64,000 bases of DNA from Alphaproteobacteria bacterium (lineage in GTDB: Bacteria > Pseudomonadota > Alphaproteobacteria > UBA6615), in NCBI GenBank assembly GCA_965267185.1, contig OZ253937.1, positions 194,923 to 258,922 on the forward strand. Reading direction: 5' to 3'. Position numbers and translations under genes: made by a program. The notes beneath the pieces are model-generated. The model made no database searches and was not told the DNA's origin. It was given only the letters and a program-made list of their open reading frames with translations. Position 1 is the first letter of the stretch. The number at the start of each line of letters is the position of its first letter. This document shows, in pieces, positions 27,726 to 36,652 of this stretch.

Positions 27726-28997
27726 TTACTCCGCCGCGACGCGGGCCGCTTCCGGGGTGGGGATGCGGTGCGGTAGCAAGGCGACGGCGATCAGGATCAC
27801 CAGGGCGGACGCGGCGAGGATATAGAATAGGGTATCGAAGCCCCAATTGTCGTGGACGAACGCGATGAGGGGCAGCGTCGCCGCCAGAACCGAGAAGCTG
27901 ACGACGTAACGCACGCCGTAGATGCGGGCGCGATAGGCGCCGCTGGCCATCTTGCCGATCATGTAGTCGTTGATGGGGATCTGGCCGAACGCGCCGAGCA
28001 TGAACCCGAACGCCGCCGCCAGCGCGAACCCGTCGGCGAGTCCCGGCATGACGCCGAAAAAGACCAGCTGCATCGCCGCCATCAGCATGAAAATGGTGCG
28101 CGGGCCATAGCGGTCGAGCAAGCTGCCGACCACCAGTTGCGCCATCGACGCCACGGCGAAAACGATAAAGGCGAGGACGCCGATGGTGGTCGCGACATCG
28201 CTCTGAGCCGGCCCGGCGCTTTCGGCCCAGGATGAGAATCGGGCGACAAGTCCTTGTAGACGCTCGTCGAAGATTTTCGGCAGCGCGAAAGAGGTCGCCT
28301 GGAAGACGATCGAGGAAACCGCGGTGGTCAGAAAAACAATCGCCGACGCGCGCACCAGCAACCGGCGGTGCGCGGCGGCCATGTGAAGCTCTGCGTCGCT
28401 CGGTGCGGTTTTCGGCTTTTGTGCCGCTGCTGGCGGCTTGACGGTGATGCTCTCCCAGCGCAACGCCAGATAGGCGAACCCCACGGCGACCGAGAACAGG
28501 CCGGGCAAGATGTAGGCCATGCGCCAGCCGCCATGGTCGATCAGATAGCCGGTGATTAGTGCCGCGCTCGCCACCCCGAGATTGCCCCACACGCCGTTGG
28601 CCGCGATGCGCATGCCGGTGTTGCGCCAGGTCATGGTGACGATGGCCAGCCCCACCGGATGGTAGATGGCGGCAAACATGCCGATCACGAACAGTCCGAC
28701 GCCGATCTGAAACGGCGTCTGGGCGAAGCTCGTCGCTATCGACGACAGGCCGATGCCGATGAAAAACACCGCCATCATGCCGTCGCGGCTCCACCGGTCG
28801 GCGAGCCAGCCGGCGGGGAGGGCGAAGGCGCCCAGCGCGAAGAAACCCGGTGTCGCGTAGACCAACAAGTCGCCATAGCCGACACCCCATTCGCGGATAA
28901 GCGCCAGCGCGGCGACCGTGGCGAACACCAGGGTGAACAGATGGTCGAGAAAATGCCCGATGTTCAGCAGCAGAAAGTATGAACGGTCCCGGTTCAT
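27726..28997 (-). CDS. MFS transporter
   Basis: About 12 TM segments; GWLADRWSR, AAIYHPVG, GSLLDRYGPR. Confidence 0.92.
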   Translation of the reverse strand: MNRDRSYFLLLNIGHFLDHLFTLVFATVAALALIREWGVGYGDLLVYATPGFFALGAFALPAGWLADRWSRDGMMAVFFIGIGLSSIATSFAQTPFQIGVGLFVIGMFAAIYHPVGLAIVTMTWRNTGMRIAANGVWGNLGVASAALITGYLIDHGGWRMAYILPGLFSVAVGFAYLALRWESITVKPPAAAQKPKTAPSDAELHMAAAHRRLLVRASAIVFLTTAVSSIVFQATSFALPKIFDERLQGLVARFSSWAESAGPAQSDVATTIGVLAFIVFAVASMAQLVVGSLLDRYGPRTIFMLMAAMQLVFFGVMPGLADGFALAAAFGFMLGAFGQIPINDYMIGKMASGAYRARIYGVRYVVSFSVLAATLPLIAFVHDNWGFDTLFYILAASALVILIAVALLPHRIPTPEAARVAAE

Positions 28998-29004
28998 GGG
29001 GTGG

Positions 29005-29634
29005 CTACTGCTCGTTGCGTCCGCGCAGCCGTTCGAACTCGGCGATAACCGCGTCGGCGGAGCTGATATCGGCATAGCGCCGCTCCACATCGCGTAAATT
29101 GCTGCGGTGCGGCTCCTCCTCATGGTCGCCGACGCAATCTTCGGGCACGATGGTGCGGAAGCCGAGGCTGAAACTGTCGATCACCGAGGCGCGCACACAG
29201 CCCGAGGTGATGCAGCCGGTCACCACCACCGTGTCGACCCGTTGTTTCACGAAAAACTGCGCGACTGGCGTATTGAAAAAGATCGACGGCGCGGTTTTGG
29301 TAATCACCAGATCGGGCTCGGCGGCGGCGATCCTTGGATCGAGCTCGACCGACGGGTGGCCGGTAATCAGTTCTTCGCGCAGCGGCTTGATTTTCCAGTA
29401 GGGCATCGCGGCCGCTGACTCATAGCCCATCGCGCAGGCGGCAACGGGAACCCCGGCAGCGCGTGCCGCCGCCATCACATCGACTGTCCGCTCGACGGCG
29501 CGGTCGATCATCTCCGCCCCGCCCATGGCGAAGCTGGGATCGGTGAACCCGCGCTGGAAGTCGACGACGACGACGCCGGGCCGCTCGCCCCAGCCGATCT
29601 CCCGGTCGCCATAGCCGCGCTCGCTGTAATCCAT
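29005..29634 (-). CDS. Isochorismatase-family cysteine hydrolase (N-carbamoylsarcosine amidase/NicF-like)
   Basis: VVDFQ (Asp), ITKTAPS (Lys), GCITSGCVRAS (Cys). Confidence 0.9.
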   Translation of the reverse strand: MDYSERGYGDREIGWGERPGVVVVDFQRGFTDPSFAMGGAEMIDRAVERTVDVMAAARAAGVPVAACAMGYESAAAMPYWKIKPLREELITGHPSVELDPRIAAAEPDLVITKTAPSIFFNTPVAQFFVKQRVDTVVVTGCITSGCVRASVIDSFSLGFRTIVPEDCVGDHEEEPHRSNLRDVERRYADISSADAVIAEFERLRGRNEQ

Positions 29635-29752
29635 CTCGTCTCGCCCCTTGCTTTTTGGCGCCGTCCATTAAAGCATAGGCGGCTGAGCGCCGTCTCTCGC
29701 AAGCAATGAAAAACTGCCTAAAAGCAGTAAATTATCGGGGAAGTTTCGCATC

Positions 29753-31828
29753 ATGAGTTATCGCATATCCGTCGATACCGGCGGCACGTTCACCGACATG
29801 GTTTTGCTCGACCCGGAAGGCCGCTTTCATGTCGGTAAGGCGCTGACCACGCCTGACCGGATATCCGACGGCATGTTCGATGCGTTGGGGGTGGTCGCCG
29901 GGGCCATCGGCCGCGATCCCCGCGAGCTGTTGGCCGAGACGGAAATCCTGCTCTACGGCACCACGCGCGCGACCAACGCCATCGTCACCAAGCAGACGGC
30001 GCGCACCGCGTTCCTCACCACCGCCGGGTTCCGCGATGTGCTGGTGTTTAAAGAGGGCGGCAAACACGGCCCCCACGATTACAGCTACGACTATCCGCAA
30101 CCCTATATTCCGCGCCGCCACACCTTCGAGATCAACGAGCGCATCGGCAGCGCCGGCGAAGTCGTACGCCCGCTCGATGAAGACCATGCGCGCAGCGTGC
30201 TGGAGATCCTAAAGGCGCGCGGCTTCGAGGCGGTGTCGGTGTCGCTGATCTGGTCGATCGCCAATAACGCCCATGAGGTGGCGCTCGGCCGCCTGATCGA
30301 GGAGGTGCTGCCCGGTGTGCCCTACACCTTGTCGCACCGGCTGGCGCCGATCTTGCGCGAATACCGCCGCGCGTCCGCCACCGCCATCGACGCCTCGCTC
30401 AAGCCGCTGATGCAGGCCCATCTCACGCAGATGCAGAGCGATCTCAAAGACGCGGGCTTTGGCGGCGATCTGCTGATTTCGACCTCAGTCGGCGGGTGCC
30501 AGGAGGTCGAATCCGTGGTCGAGCGGCCGATCAACACGCTGAAGTCGGGCCCGGCGATGGCGCCGGTGGCCGGCCGCGCCTATTCCGCCGTCGAGAAGAT
30601 GGGCGGCGACGCCATCGTCTGCGACACCGGCGGCACCACCTTCGATGTCGGCCTGGTGCGCGACGGCCAGCTCGTCTATTCGCGCGATAGCTGGCTCGGC
30701 CCGCAATGGCTCGGCGATATCATCGGGGCGTCGACGGTCGATGTGCGGTCCATCGGCGCCGGCGGCGGCTCGATCGCCTGGGTCGATCCCGGCGGGCTGC
30801 TGCGGGTCGGGCCGCAATCGGCGGGCTCGGTGCCGGGGCCGGCTTGCTACGGCACCGGCGGCGATCAGCCGACCGTAACCGATGCCGCCTTGGTGCTCGG
30901 CTATATCGATCCCGAGTATTTTAACGGCGGGCGCATCGCGCTCGATCCGGCGGCCGCGGAACGGGTGATCGGCGCGCTGGCGGCGACCCTGGGCAAGAGC
31001 GTCGACGATACGGCCTTTGCCATCATGGTCATCGCCAACGAATTGATGATCAAGGCGATCGGCGAGATCACCGTCAATGACGGCCTCAACCCGCGCGAGA
31101 GCGTGATCGTCGCTGGCGGCGGTGCCGCCGGTTTCAACATCATGCCGATCGCCCGCGAGCTCGGCTGCGACACCGTGATCCTGCCGCGCACGGCGGCGGC
31201 CTTGTCGGCGTGCGGCATGCAATATTCCTCCATCGTGTTCGAGGCCACGCGCAGCCGCTTCACCGATTCCAACGGCTTCGACCGCGACGGCGTTAACGCG
31301 GCGCTCGATGAGATCGAAGCCGAGTTGATGGCGTTCCGCGACGGGCTGTCGATCGCCGCCCAGTCGGACGTGTCGATGGAGTTCTTCGCCGAAGCGCGCT
31401 ACCGCGCCCAGGTGTGGGAACTCGACACGGCGTTACCGACCGCGCGTCTCACCAGCGATGCGGATGTCGGCCAGCTCGTCGAAGCATTTCACCAGGCCCA
31501 CGACCGGGTCTATGCGGTGCGCGACGAGGATAGCCCCGTCGAGTGCGTCAATTGGAAAGGGCGCATCGCCATTCGCTCCTTCGACCCGCCCGAGCCGCCG
31601 GGCGCGGCCGATAACAGCTACGCGCCCGACACCGGCACGCAGCGCGATTGTTTCTTCGGCGATGCGGCGCGGGTCTCGACCCCCATCTTTCGCGGCGAGG
31701 ATCTGGTGGCCGGCGCCACCGTCACCGGCCCGGCGATTATCGAAGAACCGACCACGACCATCGTGGTCTATCCCGGCATGCACGCCAGCTTGAGTGCGGC
31801 GGGCGACTACATTCTCGATTGCCGGTAA
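29753..31828 (+). CDS. Hydantoinase/oxoprolinase subunit A
   Basis: VDTGGTFTD, GTTRATNA, DTGGTTFDV, IGAGGGSIA, GPQSAGSVPGPACY, PTVTDA. Confidence 0.95.
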   Translation: MSYRISVDTGGTFTDMVLLDPEGRFHVGKALTTPDRISDGMFDALGVVAGAIGRDPRELLAETEILLYGTTRATNAIVTKQTARTAFLTTAGFRDVLVFKEGGKHGPHDYSYDYPQPYIPRRHTFEINERIGSAGEVVRPLDEDHARSVLEILKARGFEAVSVSLIWSIANNAHEVALGRLIEEVLPGVPYTLSHRLAPILREYRRASATAIDASLKPLMQAHLTQMQSDLKDAGFGGDLLISTSVGGCQEVESVVERPINTLKSGPAMAPVAGRAYSAVEKMGGDAIVCDTGGTTFDVGLVRDGQLVYSRDSWLGPQWLGDIIGASTVDVRSIGAGGGSIAWVDPGGLLRVGPQSAGSVPGPACYGTGGDQPTVTDAALVLGYIDPEYFNGGRIALDPAAAERVIGALAATLGKSVDDTAFAIMVIANELMIKAIGEITVNDGLNPRESVIVAGGGAAGFNIMPIARELGCDTVILPRTAAALSACGMQYSSIVFEATRSRFTDSNGFDRDGVNAALDEIEAELMAFRDGLSIAAQSDVSMEFFAEARYRAQVWELDTALPTARLTSDADVGQLVEAFHQAHDRVYAVRDEDSPVECVNWKGRIAIRSFDPPEPPGAADNSYAPDTGTQRDCFFGDAARVSTPIFRGEDLVAGATVTGPAIIEEPTTTIVVYPGMHASLSAAGDYILDCR

Positions 31829-31840
31829 CAGGAGGCTTTC

Positions 31841-33637
31841 ATGGCAGACACCGAAACGACCCTCGATCCCGTCCTCATCTCGGTGATGGCGAACCGCCTC
31901 GACGGCATCGTGCGCGAAATGACCAACACGCTGCTGCGCTCGGCGCGCTCGGCGGTGATTTCCTCGGCGCGCGATTTCTCCTGCTGCCTGGTCACCGGCG
32001 ACGATAAGCTGCTCGCCCCGGCGGAGGGGCTGCCGGTGCATATTTTCGGCTGCCACATCCAGACCGAAAATATGCACAAATATCATGAGGGCGATATCCG
32101 GCGCGGCGACGCCTACCTGGATAACGACCCCTATGGCGGCAACACCCATCCGGCGGACCACACCTTCATGGTGCCGGTGTTCTTCGAGGGCGAACAGCTC
32201 TTCACCGCCGTCTCCAAATGTCATATGGCCGATATCGGCAACTCGATTCCGTCGAGCTATTTCGTGCGTGCCAAGGATGTCTATGAGGAAGGCGCGCTGG
32301 TGTTTCCCGGCGTGCGCATTCAGCGCGATTTCAAGAATGTCGAAGACATCATGCGCATGTGCCGGGCGCGCATTCGCGTGCCCGACCAATGGTATGGCGA
32401 CTATCTGGCGGGGCTCGGCTCGGCGCGCATCGCCGAACGGCGCTTGGAAGCGTTCTGCGAGAAGTACGGCAAGGAGACGGTCAAAACCTTCATGCGCGAA
32501 TGGCTCGACTATTCCGAACGGCGCATGATCGACAGCATCCGCCGTCTGCCGAAAGCCAAGCTGGTCAACACCGGCCGCTCCGACCCTCTCGAAGGCGTGC
32601 TGCCCGATGGGCTGGAGCTGACCGTCAAGATCGAGATCGATCCCGACGAAGCGATCATTCATGTCGACCTGTCCGACAATCCGCCCTCGGTGGAGGCCGG
32701 CATGAACACGTCCCTCGGCGCCGCCACGTCGGCGGTGGTCGGCGCGGTGTTCAACGCGCTCGACAAGGATCTGCCGCGCAACGAAGGCGCGTTCCGCCGC
32801 CTGCGCTTCACCTATGCCGAAGACAGCGTGGTGGCCGCGCCGAAATTCCCCCATTCCTGTTCGGTCGCCACCACCAATGTCGCCGAGCGGCTGGTCAACA
32901 TCACCCAGTCGGCGTTCGCCAAGTTGGGCGACGGCATGGGGCTGTCGGAGGGCGGCGCCGGCCTCGGTGCGGGCATGGCGGTGATCTCCGGCAACGACGC
33001 GCGGCGCGGCGGGCAGGCCTTTGTGAACCGTTTGATGCTCTCGACCAATGGCGGACCGGCGAGCCCCGAAGCCGATGGCTGGGTCAACTACGCCATTCCG
33101 GTGATCGCCGGGCTGATGTATCGCGACTCCGTCGAAGTCGACGAGCTCAAGCATCCGATCCGCGTCGAATCGTTGAGTCTAGTGACCGATTCCGCTGGCG
33201 CCGGACGCCGCCGGGGCGCGCCGGCGCAACAGATCGAGTATGGCCCCACCGACGGGCCCATGACCTCGGTCATCTCCTGCGACGGCCAGCATGCCGCGCC
33301 GCGCGGCGTGGCCGGCGGCCTGTCCGGCACGGCGGGCGAGACCTGGCTGATCGAAGACGGCGCGCAGCCGTCGCGCCTGCCCAATGTGGCGCAGGTGCAT
33401 CTGCAGCCGGGCCAGCGCATTCGCGGCCGCGATTCCTCTGGCGGCGGCTATGGCGATCCGCTCGACCGCGAGCCCGAGCGCGTGCTGATCGATGTGCTGG
33501 AAGGCTGGGAGACCCGCGACAAGGCGCTCGACGTCTATGGCGTGGTGTTCTCGGGCGAGATCGAGGAAGAGACCCTGGCCATCGACGCCGCCGCCACCGA
33601 GGCCCGCCGCGCGGAGTTGAGAGAAGCGCGGGCGTGA
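31841..33637 (+). CDS. Hydantoinase B/oxoprolinase subunit
   Basis: RSARS..ARDFSC, NDPYGGNTHPAD, HMADIG, GAGRRRG, GGGYGDP. Confidence 0.95.
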   Translation: MADTETTLDPVLISVMANRLDGIVREMTNTLLRSARSAVISSARDFSCCLVTGDDKLLAPAEGLPVHIFGCHIQTENMHKYHEGDIRRGDAYLDNDPYGGNTHPADHTFMVPVFFEGEQLFTAVSKCHMADIGNSIPSSYFVRAKDVYEEGALVFPGVRIQRDFKNVEDIMRMCRARIRVPDQWYGDYLAGLGSARIAERRLEAFCEKYGKETVKTFMREWLDYSERRMIDSIRRLPKAKLVNTGRSDPLEGVLPDGLELTVKIEIDPDEAIIHVDLSDNPPSVEAGMNTSLGAATSAVVGAVFNALDKDLPRNEGAFRRLRFTYAEDSVVAAPKFPHSCSVATTNVAERLVNITQSAFAKLGDGMGLSEGGAGLGAGMAVISGNDARRGGQAFVNRLMLSTNGGPASPEADGWVNYAIPVIAGLMYRDSVEVDELKHPIRVESLSLVTDSAGAGRRRGAPAQQIEYGPTDGPMTSVISCDGQHAAPRGVAGGLSGTAGETWLIEDGAQPSRLPNVAQVHLQPGQRIRGRDSSGGGYGDPLDREPERVLIDVLEGWETRDKALDVYGVVFSGEIEEETLAIDAAATEARRAELREARA

Positions 33638-33670
33638 TCGGTGCGGGATTGGTTTAGCAGCGGCTAAAAC

Positions 33671-33770
33671 ATGGCCTCATCCTGAGGGCCCATTCACCGC
33701 GCCCTTCGAGACGGGCCTAGCGGCCCTCCTCAGGGTGAGGTGAATGGGTGTCTCGAAGGATAGAGGCTAT
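33671..33770. repeat. Nested REP-like element, copy B (opposite orientation to copy A)
   Basis: CCTCATCCTGAGG-GCCCATTCACC-..CCCTTCGAGACGGGCCTAGCGGCCCTCCTCAGGGTGA-GGTGAATGGGT-GTCTCGAAGGA. Confidence 0.85.
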
Positions 33771-33815
33771 GCGGTTTGCAGTGCGATTTAAGATGTATTG
33801 ATGTGTTTGCTGCCT

Positions 33816-33867
33816 GACAGTTCAACTCTCTTGCGGTATCGCGCATTTAGTAAACTGTCACCGTAAT
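33816..33867. repeat. REPIN-like doublet of the TAAACTGTCACCGTAAT family
   Basis: TGACAGTT (33816) pairs with AACTGTCA (33853); core TAAACTGTCACCGTAAT at 33851-33867 recurs at 45328 and 46225. Confidence 0.6.
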
Positions 33868-33878
33868 ACGCAATCCCT

Positions 33879-34316
33879 CTATTCTTTGCTCGGTGCGGGC
33901 AAACTGCGCTCTTTCATCCCATCGACAATGATTCTCCATATGGAAAACGGGTACATAGGCCACTCGTCGCTTGAGCATATAGGAGGCCGCGGCGTTTCCT
34001 GGTTCCACTGGTCGTGCCAATCGCTATTTTCGGTGACTATGACAGGCTCCTGTCCAAACTGATCAGCGGTGATATCGACGATAACGCCATCGATAGTTAT
34101 CCAGGCATGCGTCCAACCGTCATCGCGTTCCGCCCCCACGTACATCGCGTCTATCCCTAACGCTTCCACGAAATAGCGAGCCAAGAGTTCTGCGGTTACC
34201 CCGCACGCTCCGCTGGGGAAATTCTCGAAAACAACGTCGTGATTTTCCTGGTTGCCCTCCAAGATTTCTCGCACAGCAACGGCAAGGCGCCGAAGTTCAG
34301 ACAAGTCAGCACCCAT
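33879..34316 (-). CDS. Hypothetical protein with a putative Cys-His-Asp (transglutaminase/papain-like) triad
   Basis: NFPSGACG, THAW, VDITADQF; lower-GC islet. Confidence 0.72.
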   Translation of the reverse strand: MGADLSELRRLAVAVREILEGNQENHDVVFENFPSGACGVTAELLARYFVEALGIDAMYVGAERDDGWTHAWITIDGVIVDITADQFGQEPVIVTENSDWHDQWNQETPRPPICSSDEWPMYPFSIWRIIVDGMKERSLPAPSKE

Positions 34317-34386
34317 GATTAATTCCCGATGTCCTTGCAGTCGTTAAAGTAACGGTAATCCGCCATCATAGTTGTCGTCACCAAAG

Positions 34387-35145
34387 TCAGCGCCTTTTCG
34401 GTGTTCGTTGCCAGGACTGGAAATTTCTCCGGAAATGATTGAGCACATCCTGATGGTGGCTGGAATCCTTGAACCGCGACCTTAGTACGAGCAGACGTTC
34501 ATCAGGGCGGAGCAGGAGTTCTTCGAAGTCCTCGGGTACATTTCTGCCGTCGACTTTTACGTGCATTTCATGGCGGGCGAGGTGGAACTTGTAGAAGTTT
34601 AGACCGCCGACGTAGAGCCGCAACGGTCCCAGCATGTGTGGAGAGTAGGTTTCATCAAAGGACTCGAAGAATGTCGAGAAGACGTGCGCGGGCCCGGGGT
34701 CGTTTTCTAAAATGAGTTTGCGGGCACGCTCCGCGTAAGGACCAAGATCGACCGCGCGGAACATATCGTGTTTGCTGACATGGCCCCGCCAAAGTACCGA
34801 GATAGCGAACAGCTTGGCCTTCTCGTAGTCGACGTTAGCTCGGACTTCGACCCACGTGTCGGGCATAGCCTGGTGCACCTCCAACGTACTCGGGTCCGCC
34901 GACAGCAACCTGTACGCATAGTCATCCCAACTTGAGAACCGACCTTCGCAACCCTGGCACACAATCTGGTCATAGATCCCCTTGGGTGCTCGCTTCGGCG
35001 TTCTTTCGGGGATCGACGAGTGAAGCCGCAGCACGTCACCTTGCTCTGGGAACTCATAGAAGCTTGCGGGAATAATATGGGAGTTCACCAGGCGGCGATC
35101 TTCGCCGCAGAGTGCGCAGGTTCCAGTTACCTTGCGTTTGGCCAT
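34387..35145 (-). CDS. HNH/His-Me-finger-like protein with Zn-binding CxxC pairs
   Basis: CALC...SHIIP...CQGCEGRF at the N-terminus; lower-GC islet. Confidence 0.7.
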   Translation of the reverse strand: MAKRKVTGTCALCGEDRRLVNSHIIPASFYEFPEQGDVLRLHSSIPERTPKRAPKGIYDQIVCQGCEGRFSSWDDYAYRLLSADPSTLEVHQAMPDTWVEVRANVDYEKAKLFAISVLWRGHVSKHDMFRAVDLGPYAERARKLILENDPGPAHVFSTFFESFDETYSPHMLGPLRLYVGGLNFYKFHLARHEMHVKVDGRNVPEDFEELLLRPDERLLVLRSRFKDSSHHQDVLNHFRRNFQSWQRTPKRR

Positions 35146-35237
35146 CTCAGTTCGCACCAAGCAATCTGAGCAGTGGTAGCTGCGTCAGAGATCACGGCGG
35201 TAGACCAATCAAGTCTAAATCTTTGCCGATTGTACTT

Positions 35238-35693
35238 TCAGCCCAGGAACAATCCTCCGAATATCAAAAAGAACACCAGGCTGAAGCTCAGTGTCCAGAT
35301 ATCGAAGACAAGCATTGGCCATTTCAATATCGCAATGTTTATTCGTATGGGCATCCACCAGATGTTTGTCAGCCATGGGAGAGGCTCGCCTATAGTTTGA
35401 CGCAGATGCCGTCTGACCCGCAGCCCTCCCCAGGTCAAAAGAATGCCCGTTACCGCGAATAATAGGGGTGATCGAACAAGTATGGATGAGAACACCAACG
35501 CCATCATTACGCCCACAAATGGCAAGATGAGTAATAGTTCTCTCTCGATCTGCTGGTTGGCTAACAACTTCCAGGGAAGAAACAAATCTAGGTTTCGATA
35601 AAGTGGTGGAAAACCCATGTAAAGTTGCAGTGCCAGAATAGCGTATCCAAGCGCTGCAATCATGAATGCACCACTGAGCCCTAAAACCAGCAT
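35238..35693 (-). CDS. Hypothetical membrane protein (about 4 TM)
   Basis: Hydrophobic 151-aa ORF, AT-richer DNA, co-oriented with the two downstream islet genes. Confidence 0.55.
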   Translation of the reverse strand: MLVLGLSGAFMIAALGYAILALQLYMGFPPLYRNLDLFLPWKLLANQQIERELLLILPFVGVMMALVFSSILVRSPLLFAVTGILLTWGGLRVRRHLRQTIGEPLPWLTNIWWMPIRINIAILKWPMLVFDIWTLSFSLVFFLIFGGLFLG

Positions 35694-35806
35694 ACTCTAT
35701 GGCCCCCGATTTTGCTTTTCGGCGGTAATCTTATACTGGTTAATCGGCAATATAATTCCCGTGTTTGATTAGTTTGCGGACGGGCAACCATCGCCACAGC
35801 TAGTGA

Positions 35807-36652
35807 TTACGAGGCCGCTAGCCTTATCTCTCCCACATTCTGCGTGCCGTCGAGGGTGACGCTGGCGGTTGCCGGGGCGAAACCGTTGGCGGTGATGCGG
35901 AGTTCGTAGGCGCTGCCGTCGGCGTTGAGCCGGTCGAATTTGAAATCGCCGAACGCGTCGGTTTGTTGTTCGGCGACTTTTTCGCCACCACGCATTAGCT
36001 CCACCGTGGCCCCGGCGAGACAGTCGACGACGCCGTCTTTTCCCCCCGAGACCGTGCCGGCGATGAAGTCGGTCGTGTAGCGCCAGTGGTTCTTGTAGTA
36101 GACCCGCGGCTTGGTATCGAGGTCGGGCCGTAAGGGTTCCAGCTCTTCGGCGTCGGCCAGCCGCGCCATTTCGTCGTCTTCCACCTTCACCGCTTTCAGC
36201 GCGTTGGTGGCGCATACGGTCACGCAGCGCGGTTCGGACCAGCCGGCGTCGAGCAGGTGGGCGTCGAAAAACCAGTGCTGCGGTACCTGCTTTTCTTCGT
36301 TCCACCAGATCGCCCCGTAGGGGCAGGCGTCGACGATCTCTTTGCGGCCCTTCGATTTCACCGGATCGATCAGAACGATCCCATCTTGCCGCTTCGAGAT
36401 AGCGTCGGGCGCGGCGTCGATACAGGGCGCGGCGTCGCAGTGCTGGCACATCACCGGCCGGTAGGCGACATCGGTCGCCGGCGGGGCGCCGCGCTCGCGG
36501 CGCTCGATCTCGATCCAGCGGTGGCCGTGCTTGGGCATCTCCTCGGCGTAGCCGGGAAACGCGTTGTCGGCATGCTCGTCTTGTACGGCGAGCGCGCACA
36601 GGTTGCAGTTGGTGCAGTTGGCGACGTCGACGATCAGGTTCCACTTTTTCAT
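35807..36652 (-). CDS. Fe-S small subunit, pyrogallol transhydroxylase beta (BthL)-like, with C-terminal beta-sandwich domain
   Basis: [67 protein letters not shown]; start overlaps the large-subunit stop. Confidence 0.9.
   Translation of the reverse strand: MKKWNLIVDVANCTNCNLCALAVQDEHADNAFPGYAEEMPKHGHRWIEIERRERGAPPATDVAYRPVMCQHCDAAPCIDAAPDAISKRQDGIVLIDPVKSKGRKEIVDACPYGAIWWNEEKQVPQHWFFDAHLLDAGWSEPRCVTVCATNALKAVKVEDDEMARLADAEELEPLRPDLDTKPRVYYKNHWRYTTDFIAGTVSGGKDGVVDCLAGATVELMRGGEKVAEQQTDAFGDFKFDRLNADGSAYELRITANGFAPATASVTLDGTQNVGEIRLAAS

Noticed and set aside
33780-35800. Prophage, integron or IS element
   Set aside because: No integrase, transposase, convincing attC sites or target-site duplication seen.
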